Made by a program: the position numbers and the translations under genes | In this document: positions 13,405-24,384 of the stretch, piece after piece | Layout of the letters: each line of letters begins with the position of its first letter | Position numbering within the stretch: position 1 is the stretch's first letter | The notes under the pieces: model-generated | The model's input: only the letters and a program-made list of their open reading frames with translations | Databases searched by the model: none | What the model was told of the DNA's origin: nothing | Origin: Lytechinus pictus | Taxonomy: Eukaryota | Assembly (NCBI RefSeq): GCF_037042905.1 | Contig: NC_087254.1 | Location: 35,030,001 to 35,094,000, forward strand | Length of the DNA: 64,000 nucleotides | Reading direction: 5' to 3'

Positions 13405-14377
13405 TTCTCACATTTACATGCATATTTGAGGTACGAAGAAACAAAAACTAAGTTAAAGATTTCAAAGTATTCAAAGATTACCGGTATGCGGAAATCTGCT
13501 GTTCTTGATCAATTCATCTACAAATGTTAGCAAGAAAGAAAGGTCCCAACAATATTGGCCACTTACACACTCGCTCACCTCACAGTCACAGTGTACACAC
13601 ACACAGCACTGCCGTTCTTGTACATGTACATTGCAAACTTCGATACGGTACCACTACCAGTACATCTTATCAAATTGTGAACTGTGTCTTTCACATTTCT
13701 TGCATCACAACCTCACAATCACTTTCAGAATTAGTCTAGCATTCGATGGCTTAGCATGAATTTTGGATACGGAATTACAGGAAGGTTCAAGAAACAAAGA
13801 AATTTGCATTTTTTCCAGTTGTTTTACGGCTTCGTGCCGTCTCTCTCATACGTGGTGCACGGTGTACATGGTATCTTATGAAAAGCAAACAGGAAAGAAA
13901 AAAATAAGCTGGCGCGAAATGGGACTTTGAGGGGTTAAAATGAATAGTGCCAGCTTAAGTCGCACTAAAACCACAATACAACGCAAGCTAGCTCTCGGCT
14001 CTTGCTCAGCTGTGACAAATTATTACCGAGAATGCTTGGCGTCTCTTTGAACTTAGCCAGGGAACTTCGCTGCTTTGAATCGAGAATAAATTCGAAATTA
14101 GTGTCATGAAGGTGGGTGCATTTGTTATGGACACTATTTGATTAAGATCGTAATAATCGCTTCCCATTACCCGCGGCTCATACCCCTCTAAACGACATTG
14201 CTTGCCCTGGGCGGCTACGCCCGGCCACTCGATGTGTTGTGAACTGGCAGACTTCTTACATGTTCGGGAGGGGTTACGCGGGCGGGCTCAGACCCGTCAC
14301 CGTGGATAAACCGCACCGCCAACTTTTGCTTATATCCCGCCGAGAAAAAGGTGCGGTTAATACACCGTTACTTACGG
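13309..14377. mobile_element. Tc2/pogo-like non-autonomous DNA transposon nested in an older MITE (host about 13187-14563)
   Basis: TIR CCGTAAGTAACGGTGTATTAACCGCA, TA flanks; host ends ACATTTTCTCCGGCGACAATT / AATTGTCGTCGGAGCAAATGT. Confidence 0.85.
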
Positions 14378-14552
14378 TAGTCATTCCATTAATGTGGGAA
14401 TTCGCAGAGGAGCAATTGTCGTCAGAACCGTTACTTACGGTAGTCATTCCATTAATGTGGGAATTCGCAGAGGAGCAATTGTCGTCGGAACCGTTACTTA
14501 CGGTAGTCATTCCATTAATGTGGGAATTCACAGAGGAGCAATTGTCGTCGGA
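14365..14552. repeat. 63-bp tandem repeat, 3 copies
   Basis: Units start at 14365, 14428 and 14491 and are nearly identical. Confidence 0.95.
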
Positions 14553-15051
14553 GCAAATGTCATAGCTATAGGAAACTGTCTATAAGCAGAAGAGAAGCAT
14601 CTTGTCTCCTGATAACAAGTTGATTTTTTTTTTTAACTTCTAGTCTCAAATCATGTAGATAACAGGCACAATAAAATATGGTGACAATATGTTTTGTTTC
14701 TGTTTTTTTCTCACTTATTGTAACTATGGTTTTCATGCGATACAAGTAGGTACCAGTAATTCATAAAGCCACTTAAACAATATTAAGATCATTTGAACAA
14801 ATAGATAAAACCAGATATAATTTACCCCACACCAAGGCCAATTTTATAGAAAGTTTTGCACTACCACGGAAACCTTGATTGTGATTGGCTGCTGAGTCCT
14901 GATACCATGGTAGTTGCCATAATGGCAAATTTACCATACTTGCAATTCTTTATGAAATAGGTACCTGAAAGGGATGGACAATACATTTATACAATCTCCA
15001 CTCTGTCAGTTGTATAATGGAAAAAATAATAAAAGAGGGTTCTCTCGTTAC

Positions 15052-15249
15052 CTGAATAATCACTGTCCTGTCCTGACCTGAAGAACTTGAGAGTGGGGTA
15101 CCCCCTGACTCCATACTTTCCAGCTAGTTTGGTCTCCGCTGTTGCGTCTACCTTGGCTAGCTTGATGGCTGATTCAGATTCTTTGAGCTGTTTGGCAGCA
15201 TTGGCATATTCTGGTTCAAGAGTTTTGCAATGTCCACACCAAGGGGCAT
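15052..15249 (-). CDS. P4HB: PDI exon 2 (YAPWCGHCK...GYPTLKFF...DYSG; a-domain active site)
   Basis: 198 nt, CAG acceptor, GTAACG donor, CGHC motif. Confidence 0.97.
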
Positions 15250-17252
15250 CTGCAACAACAATTAGACACAAGTCACAATAAGAATTTGTGTAAAACTAAC
15301 TTGCAAAACACATGTAACAAAGATTTTGGGGGAGGTATTGAGATCTTGCAGAGGAATAGCCATTTTCTTTTGGAGTTGTCCACCATATCTAAATACACTT
15401 AACTTTTTTCTATCTTTCATTCAGAAGTGCACAGCTCCAATTCTCCTCCGGTACATGTAGGAAAGTAAGCCTCTGTAAATCCATGTCATCTAACACGGTG
15501 AGGCACATTTTACCTTCTCCATACTCAGAGATCACAGACACATACATTTACTCACTGAATGATGACTCACTGATACAATATCTAATGGACAGCAGCTGAC
15601 AAAACATTAACTGCCTGTTATGATTTGAGTATTCTTCTAACAGCTTATTTGAATCTCATGAGTGTTACAGGAAGTGTGGAAATATATTAGAAGATTCTTA
15701 TGTCTACAAACTTTCCATGAATGCATGACAGGCTCCAAATTAATTTTGTATTTTTGGATAGGTCTACTTTTTACAAGCTACCATCTAAATCTGCAACATT
15801 GGATAAGCTTTAGTATTGCAGTGAATCCATTTTCTTCAAGCCCATCTCCTTTTTTTTTCCAGGGCTATATCAAATATTTTGGGGGTTAAATAGCCCTAAG
15901 CCCCTGTGTTTTTTTTTTCTCTGATGCATGATCACCCTTGGATTTTCATAGTAGCTTTTGCGGGTTTGAAAGGACTGGAAGTTCTTTACTTTCATCGTTG
16001 TATAATAATTGGTATGGTTAAAAATCTATCACAAGTTTTCGGTAAATTCCTCCAATATGTGAATCTTCCAACTTTATTTTTGTATGTGCATGCCCCCTGA
16101 AACATTTTTCCCATAGAGTATAATACGCAAGTGTTTGAGTGTTTTTACATGAAAGTTTAGATGGCACTCGATCAAGATAAAAATAAACTGTATCTTATTT
16201 CATTTTAGAAATCTCTCTCCACAGGATAAAATATTTGTCTGAAGCATTCTGATATCCACTCACTACACTAGTGAGACTGAGATAAATCTTCAAATGGCTT
16301 CTTTCAAAGAAAATAAAAACATGCTTGAGAGAGGGCACTAAATATTGGAAAATTCAACATTTAAATTATCACAAGTGAACAACTAAAAAAAATCAACATC
16401 GTATCACATTTTTGTAAGATTTAGATGAAGAGCATAATTCATATCAACCCTGCTTACGATGTGCTTTAACAATATATATCAGAGGGAGACCAGCAGAATT
16501 CAGATGAGTTGTAGGGTCGTTCAATTAGGTTGCATTTCCAGGCTGTGGTAACCTTGAAGTATGCAATCAATATCTTTCAGTGTATACGTGTAAGCCAATC
16601 AATCAATCATATTTGGGGCCAGTTTCACAAAGAAAGAGTCAAGTGTGACTCATTTGTCAAACATCACACATTTCAAAGTTGTGTACAGTCCAGCATCACA
16701 ATACATCGCTGTATTACGCTTTTAGAGTGTACCGGTATGTACAGTGCATTTGGAAAGTTTACACAATAACCTCTACCAATTAGACCCTAAATACTACATT
16801 GGCAAGTACTATAAGTCATATGAAACTTAGTGAAACTACTTTCCATATGGTAGATCTATCAGAAGTCACTAATTGGTTTTCATGTACATGTCTAGCGTCT
16901 AGTTTATCCAATGAAAACCACAATCCTTCCTACATGTATGGTTAAATGACTGATTAGTCTTGATTGCTACATGTAGTCGTGGTTTTTGATCAGTCTCTTC
17001 CGATTTCCCTTTTTTAAAGTTCCATTTCCTATAATTTTCCTTTTGTGTAGCCTTCCTAAGTTCATTACCAAATTGATTAGGCCTGCAACTTGGGGGCCTG
17101 GTGGAGTTGATTCATTTTTGGAACTGACACAGGAACCTATGAATAGTACATGAATAGGAATCACAGTAAAACAAAATTAGTCATAAATGTCTAGTATAAA
17201 TGACACTTGTTGATTAGGCAATCAATTATCAATAGTTCTATTAAACTTTAAT

Positions 17253-17678
17253 GACCTGATTCTGAAGTCAGGTTTAACATACATGTAGACCATGGTCTAA
17301 CTCTGTGTTAAAATTATGGAAAGTCAAAAATGTCAAAAAATTTTGTGTACGTTTCGTAATATGTTTTCTGTGCTCTTTCCTAAATCATGAATGGTGAAGG
17401 AAGCCATCTTATTTATCCTTCTCAAACATTTAAGAATAATTTGAGAGAAAAATAAGCTCATACATTGAAACTCTACTCGTTAAGATATTTATGCTACCCC
17501 ACAATGTTTGCCTTGCAGGCCACCAAAAATATGAAATTGATGATTTTAGTGGACTGATCGGGCCACCAAGAAAAAAAGTTAGGGTGAAGCCTAGATGCTA
17601 CTATTGGCTATCAATAGGTAAACCACAACTTTAAACCAGAGCTTATTATTAATTAAACACGACTTCAGAATACAGGCC
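17253..17678. mobile_element. Degenerate MITE
   Basis: Inverted ends CCTGATTCTGAAGTCAGGTTTAA / TTAAACACGACTTCAGAATACAGG. Confidence 0.55.
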
Positions 17679-18562
17679 TAAGAGCATGTTGGGTATTGAA
17701 ATATTAGGTCAATTACATGTGAACTCATATTTCCAATCTCTTGTTTTATACTCTAATACATCTCTGATATCAACAAACAATCCAAGTCCACTTGAACCCA
17801 CATGGAGCTTCTACACTGAATATGCCTTTGTTTGCTGCCTGGGAACCTAACCATATGGTGTCCTCATTGTTTGGCTTTTATTTAATCATTATACCATGAT
17901 TTATTACGGATTTACTCAATCATTAATTAAATACAAAAATCCTTTCAATACAGGAGCTATGAAAAATAGCTGTTTAAAAAGGGAATGAACCATGCAGACC
18001 AGGGGGAAATAAACAAGGCCAAAGTCAAAATTCAAAAGTTGCAAAAGAGCTCCAGTTAATAATTACCTTAAGGTAGAAATCTGGGGTCTGTTTCCTAAAT
18101 GTTGTTATAATAACAAATTTGCAATTTAGCAATTAAAAGCTACCTAAATCCTTTAATCTGATTGGCTAATCGTAAATTTTTGCATTTTTAACAAGTCTTT
18201 GTGAAACTGCACCCTGGACTTGTACTGTGGCGAGTTATGTTGTTCGTCCTTAGATTGCAAAGATGACCAAATCTTCAAAAATTCATGTGGTGAGTTATAA
18301 TGGAAACTCTCTTCTCAGTCACAAACTTAATTTGTTAGATCCTTATTTCATACTCCACCATTCACTCTGTATAAAGGAGCCATGTCTGTACCCCACTCAT
18401 TCAATGAAAAAGGTTATGATGTAACCTTGCTCTCTATTAAGTACTCCCTGTGTGGTGAAATAAGGTTGGCAATGTTTTGTTTATTTTCTCTTGTTCTGAC
18501 TTGGGGACAAATGCTTGATTTTTTAAATACATTTTGTTGGTTTCTATCACACTGAAAAGTAA

Positions 18563-19084
18563 CCCAGGGAGCTCCCGCCCGCACAGCGGGCGGGAGCCCA
18601 GGAGCTTACCGTGTATTTGACCATACTGACGGGACTAGGGTGATTTATGGTCTAAATATTTCTCCAAATGAATTGTGAAAACAGAAATTATGCACTTACC
18701 ACGATTATATGGATGAAGGTCTAACGAGTGGCAGTTTCCTGACATCTGGGCACAGACTGGAACCTCAAAAAACGAAAGTTCTCTCCTTCTACCCCCGTCT
18801 CGATCGGCCATTTTTGTTATGAATTGTAACAAAATGGCCGATCGAGACGGGGGTAGAAGGAGAGAACTTTTCGTTTTTTTGAGGTTCCAGTTTGTGCCCA
18901 GATGTCAGGAAACTGCCACTCGTTAGACCTTCATCCATATAATCATGGTAAGTGCATAATTTCTGTTTTCACAATTCATTTGGAGAAATATTTAGACCAT
19001 AAATCACCCTAGTCCCGTGAGTATGGTAAAATACACGGTAAGCCCCTGGGCTCCGGCCCGCTGTGCGGGCCAGAGCTCCCTGTG
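18563..19084. mobile_element. Palindromic foldback MITE, piggyBac-like ends
   Basis: Two ~257-bp arms in near-perfect inverted orientation around ~18823; flanks GTAA and TTAA; termini CCCAGGG / CCCTGTG. Confidence 0.85.
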
Positions 19085-20163
19085 TTAAATGAAAAGCGGT
19101 TCCAAAACCACGATTTGGCCATCCATGAGATATTTTTTTCAATTTTACTTCCAGCTTCCCAGCCTGAGACATTGTGCGTCCACTCCAACAGACATGGCTG
19201 AGGGAGCTAGTGGGTCATGGAGAGAGAAGGCTCGAATCTATTGCCTCGAAAAGGGGAAAATCATGACACACAGCAGGCCATGCAGGGGCAGGGTGAGCAC
19301 AATTTGTCTTTGCAACTTTCATCACATCACATCACACATCACCTCAGCCTCAGGTACGGAAATGAAGGACTTCTCCGACTCCTGTAGTAGGCTGTACTAC
19401 GTTTTCTGGTCTTTACTAAGGTAATTGACGATTATCTAGACAGTTTAAACTTGTGAAACTAGTTAACGTGCATTGATTGAGAAATGGAGGTTTTAAATAT
19501 CCCCCCACCAAAACTTGTCCAACAGATGTTTATTTAAACCTTTCCACTTTGCACTAGTCTCAAGCCTAGGCCTAGGAAAGGGGAAGAGAAATAACATTAT
19601 CATTAACAATTAACATGACATATTTAACATAAAATAGTGATGCCCCAAGCAGCCCCAGCCAACTAACTTTAATACTAGGTGAAGGTCTAAATAGATTTTT
19701 TGAATAAATTAAGCCAACTAACGAGTAACGTTATGGACTTTTTATATGGTTGGGCCTAAATTAGTATCATGGCCTAACAACCTAGACAGCTGGCAGCCGT
19801 CTGTTTCGAGGAGTTTTTTAACATTTTATTATTATTTTTATTTCTCCTCGTACACAGACGGCTCGCTATCGTGCAGCCACCATTAGGGGACTTGCAATGC
19901 AAAATCCCCCCGTCGGGGCTCTTCAATTTTTGTCTTTAATGAATAAAATTTTTGAAAATTAACGCGACCAAAATGCAAATTAATATTCCCTCTTTAGTCT
20001 TGGCATTAATTGCCAAAAAACAGAGAAAAATCAAGTTAAAAGGAACAAAAACAGTGACTTACCTCGGCTGTCGCGCAAATTCACTTCCCCGTTTTATCCG
20101 CTCTTAAGTACATAAACATATGGCCATTGAGTCCCCTGTACAGATCGCGCTAGAAGAACTTCG

Positions 20164-20337
20164 GTCTCTGTATTTGGTGAGTGAAGCCAACGGAGTTCAG
20201 CTGAACAACCAACATAACACTACAGAGACTGAAGCTTTTGGTCTAGGCCTAACCATGGCATACCATAGACCAAAAGCTTCAGTCTCTATTTTGGTTGTTC
20301 CGCTGAACTACGTTGGCTCCACTCACCATACATAGAC
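20164..20337. repeat. Short palindromic element
   Basis: Perfect 22-bp inner stem 20224-20245 / 20266-20287 plus imperfect outer arms. Confidence 0.8.
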
Positions 20338-21333
20338 TGAAGGGGATGGGGCCCCGTACCTACAGCCAACGTATAGTGAACTAGCGTTTTATAGATCGCG
20401 ATTTAAAACTGTTTTTTAAGCAAAATTGAAAGTTTCATGGTTTCCATTATCAGGGAAATATAAATAACTTAAGTAATTGCATACCTTGGGCCGGAGTTAT
20501 TGAAAAAAATCCTCTGGATGATTGAGAAATCTGTCATCTAAGACATTTTCACCTGACCTGACGGTTTTTCTTGCAAGTTGCCATCTTGAATGACGTCATT
20601 ATCGTTATTAACCTAATGTCTCGAATCGATATATCGCGATTATAACTAGTACTAGTACTAGTATAACTAGTATCGTTTATCTTCGGTTTCGTTCGCATAT
20701 GGAGCAGATCGTATAATATCGAAAGCAATATCGATATCACATTCGTGATTGTTGACGTTCGTTTGTAAATATTTTATAGTTTGGCTGCCATTTTGACCAT
20801 TTTTATCGTGTTCAACCCAATTAAACATCGGTACAGTATATTTTTCATGCCTTTTTCATCTATATCGTTTAAAGTATTTAAACATTGAAATATCAATTCT
20901 TAAAAGTTTGTTGTTTATACATCCTTAGATTGTAAATTCGATGTGTAAAATTACATCAAACTTTGGACTGTGAATTGACAAAAGGGAGGGAATGAGAACA
21001 CATGCGAGCCCACACGTACACCCTACCGTCGGTAAATGGGGATTAGGCCCTACAGTAAAATGTCAGAAATTGTTGAATAAATCCACAGAAACGACGGTTA
21101 TTCCTGTCTAGGCATACCATAACGTTAGGCGGTTAGTTGGCTTATTCATTCATATGTAGCATTGTTACAACATACCTTTGTATCATAGATCAATAATCAA
21201 ACAATGAATGACTGGAATGACTAACTTTTTAACGTTACACTTATACAGAGTCAATGCATTAGAAATAGGACGATGGTTGATTTGAGAATGAGAGTGAGAC
21301 TGAGACTGAGAGAAGAGAGTGGGGTCAACTTAC

Positions 21334-21478
21334 AAAATTCAACAAGGACAAATTCATTTTCGGCGACGAAGTCATCGAAGACAGTCCCTGTCAAGACAGC
21401 GACATCTTTCTCGGTTTCAACGTCGACTGCTTGGACGGCACATGCCGCGGCAAGAAAGCAAAGAGCTAAAAACTTCAT
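21334..21478 (-). CDS. P4HB: PDI exon 1 (signal peptide; MKFLALCFLAA...FVLVEF)
   Basis: ATG at 21478, 145 nt, donor GTAAGT at 21333, phase 1. Confidence 0.95.
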
Positions 21479-21523
21479 TTTTGAGCTGAAAGTCTGTCGG
21501 TGTTCTGGGAGAAAAAACTAGCC

Positions 21524-21687
21524 GTGTTTCACGTGCAGTACGTGGCAAGTCAAAGAGGATTATTTGACACGGAAACACTTCTTCTTGTAAAATACCACAG
21601 CGCCCTCTACGTCAGCAGTAAACACCCGTGTGTTATCGTGATTGGTCGAAATTCACCGAACTCTTTCATGTGTAGGTCTGTGATTGG
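21524..21687 (-). promoter_or_regulatory. PDI proximal promoter with two ERSE-like elements and ACGT-core UPR-type sites
   Basis: Minus strand: CCAAT-N9-ACACG (21627-21645), CCAAT-N9-ACACA (21669-21687), TGACGTAG (21607-21614), GCCACGT (21540-21546), CACGTG (21530-21535), all within about 210 bp of the ATG. Confidence 0.7.
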
Positions 21688-22203
21688 TCAAAAGAGTTAA
21701 AGGGTCTTTCCCTATTCATTCTTGGTACTTGCGTTTCGCTGATCGGATCGGTACGGAGGCTATACCGGCTGCTCATGCAGTTTCCTACCATATTTTTTCC
21801 CCAGGATTTATCATGTGTACTAAAAATATTGGATCTAAATAACAAATTAAGAGGACTGAAGTCTCCTTTCAGAACCAGTCTCCTTTCAGAACCATCCAAG
21901 TACCCAGATGATGGGCCTGGCATAGAGATATTAATTTGCCTTGCCGTCAGCCAGAAAAAAAAGGACAGATTGGAAGAATATGATTATGGCAGATATGATT
22001 GCTTGGGATATATGCAGTATAAGGCCCTCGTACCTGAAAAGGGATCCTAGGAGTAATAAAGATTTGGTTTGAAAACAAGAGCAATAGTGCCCCTAGCTCC
22101 AAAGAGAGATGCCAATATTTTAGATCTAATGATGATAATCATAATTTGATAACATATCTGTCGAAAATGAAACTCAATTAGGGGCACAATGAACATATAG
22201 GAA

Positions 22204-23051
22204 CAGGGGCGTCGATCCATTTTTCATATTGGGGGGGGGGGGGGCGGGCAAAATCTTGAATCAACGTTCCTAAGGCGCTCGATCGTACAAAACAAACAAC
22301 CTCACCTACACACACACATACGGCATAAACATATATATAAATATGACTCATGAGATACAGACACGTATCTCACCAACAAATTAATGCGAGCGCGAAGCGC
22401 GAGCCGAATTTTTTTTAGTATACTGACCTTAAAACAGGAAAAGGGTACCTGTTTAGGACTGTAGTAACTTACGAGGAGGATATCTCACTACACAGATAAT
22501 GCGAGTGCCGAGAGCGAGCTGAAATCTCTTTATTTCTGACCTGAAAGCTTGATATTCTAAGCATTAAGATTGGTATCTAAAAGAACAATAGATGCGAGCG
22601 CGAATCGCGAGCTGAAAATTTTGATATTTCGATCTGAAAAAATTGACAGTTTAATGGACGTTTTTGATAAAGGACAAGCTATATCCAACAAAAGATTATT
22701 GCAAATCGAAGCGGGAGTTCTTTTGAGGTTTAGAACTGAAAAAGGGACATTCTATTCCCCTATTTAATCATGAAAAGTATGGGTTTTCGCTACAGAAATG
22801 ATGCGAGCGCGAAGCGCGAGCTGAAAATTTTTATATTCCAATCTGAAAAGCGGACATTTGAGCACGATTTGAAATAAAGAACGAGTTGTGTATCTCAATA
22901 TCGCTTGCTGAACATTACAATCTTATTTTATTTTTGTACATCCGGAATTATTGGGGGGGGGGGGGGGGGCAAAACGATATGTTTGCCCTCCAATATTTTC
23001 ATTGGTGGGGCGATCGCCCCCTCCCCCTGCCCCTCAGGATCGACGCCTCTG
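22204..23051. mobile_element. hAT-type non-autonomous element with internal GCGAGCGCGAAGCGCGAGC repeats
   Basis: TIR CAG(G/A)GGCGTCGATCC, 8-bp TSD TATAGGAA on both sides, poly-G tracts. Confidence 0.88.
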
Positions 23052-23869
23052 TATAGGAAAATTTAATGTAGGCCTAATAAAGAAAATGAAATCGATAAAT
23101 ACAAAGAAATTGACAAAAATAATACAAAATCAGGTGGAAGCCCGAGTAAGCCCATAATCTCTTTTCCCCTCCCCCTATAAAAAAAATGACTCGAATTCAC
23201 AAAGGTGGATTTCGTTCGCACCTACCATTTTCATGAATTCGAGCGAACCCCGGGCAATGACCTAGATCATGAAATTAATATTTTTATCAGCGGATTGACT
23301 GATGAATTCATGATAGTGGGTGTACACGAGATTCGATGACCTCGACAAAATAATTCCTGGTAGGCCTATTTCTTTTACAATATATATATATATATAGTTT
23401 ATATTGAAATCGGATCATACACCGGTGGCACAAGAGGAAGGCAAGGGGAAAGCTCCCTACGATTTTTTTTCAAAATTAGAAAAGGAGTAGCCAAAAGAGA
23501 AAGAGAGAGAAAGATATCGAAGGGGATAAAAAAGAGGTAGTCCTACCTATTGTGTAATTTCAAGTTACCCCTTTTTGTAATTTAATTCAGGATAATTAGT
23601 ATCCCCTCCGTAGATGTTTTGAATATTTCTATTTGTAAGAGTATTTTTAGCATTTCCCTTAATCGATTGCATATCAGAAAACTATACATAGGCCTATACT
23701 ACGAATATACCTTGACCAGTGGCATAATCATGAGTTACAGGGGACCAGACAAAATGGATATGGAAAGAATTCTAAAAAGCTGGAAAGAATTCTAAAAAGC
23801 TGGAAAGAGAGAAAGCTATACAAAATGACATTTTCAAAACAAAAATCAAATTTTGTAATAGATTTTGTC

Positions 23870-24010
23870 TTATTATCCTGTTCAGAAAAATATTCATTTG
23901 GTGATAAAGCTTTTGCTAATAGTGCTCCTACTTTGTGGAAAGCACTCTCTTCAACTATATGCAATGCCAAGTCTAAGAGTCATTTAAAACCAACCTGTAG
24001 ACATGATTAA
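23870..24010 (+). mobile_element. L2/CR1-clade LINE ORF2 C-terminal fragment
   Basis: Translation FGDKAFANSAPTLWKALSSTI resembles the GDRAFS..AP.LWN.LP motif at the end of L2/CR1 ORF2. Confidence 0.65.
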
Positions 24011-24020
24011 TAATAGCTGG

Positions 24021-24232
24021 ATTTATAAAGCGCTTTTTGCCATTACCCCGGCTTTAGCTCGAGCTACCATCACCGGCGCTCAGAATTACTCCTGCCGGGT
24101 ACCCATTCACCTCACCTGGGTCGAGTGCAGCACAGAATAGATATTTTCTTGCTGAAGGAAAATACGCCATGGCTGCGATTCGACCCCACGACCCTCTGTT
24201 CCAAAGGCGAGAGTCAGACCACGACGCATCCA
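24021..24232 (-). mobile_element. tRNA-derived SINE
   Basis: Degenerate B box (GGTCGAATC) plus the central domain CTTCAGCAAG...CGACCCAGGTGAGGTGAATGGGTACCCGG shared with the 61.9-kb copy. Confidence 0.75.
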
Positions 24233-24317
24233 CACATTGTCTATTCTCAACATATTCAAAATAACACCCCCTTCTGTGTAATAATTTCCTCTGTGCCTCT
24301 AGAAGGCGCACTCTAAA

Positions 24318-24384
24318 TGATAGTGGTTAAGGCATTGGCGTTCAGTGTCAGGGACCCGGGTTCAATTCCCGGCGAAGGCATTTT
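24318..24384 (+). pseudogene. tRNA-like sequence (SINE head or tRNA pseudogene)
   Basis: A-box-like TAGTGGTTAAG, perfect T arm CCGGG-TTCAATT-CCCGG, then TTTT; no valid acceptor or anticodon stem. Confidence 0.5.

Larger units (their letters stand above)
4551..21478 (-). other. P4HB: Gene span (start to stop): protein disulfide-isomerase PDIA1/P4HB, 11 coding exons, 1488 nt CDS, 495 aa
   Basis: Exons 21334-21478, 15052-15249, 12769-12914, 11077-11190, 10420-10524, 9366-9491, 8589-8789, 7136-7256, 6079-6257, 5195-5266, 4551-4631 join in frame through GT-AG introns; signal peptide, a-b-b'-a' layout with two APWCGHCK motifs, acidic tail and KDEL-stop. Confidence 0.97.

Noticed and set aside
14239-14585. 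Repetitive ORFs (LLTVVIPLMWEFAEEQLSSEP x3); possible CRISPR-like array
   Set aside because: These are translations of the 63-bp tandem repeat at a transposon junction; units are contiguous with no unique spacers, and the DNA is eukaryotic
24318-24384. Functional tRNA gene
   Set aside because: Only the T arm is intact; acceptor and anticodon stems cannot be formed
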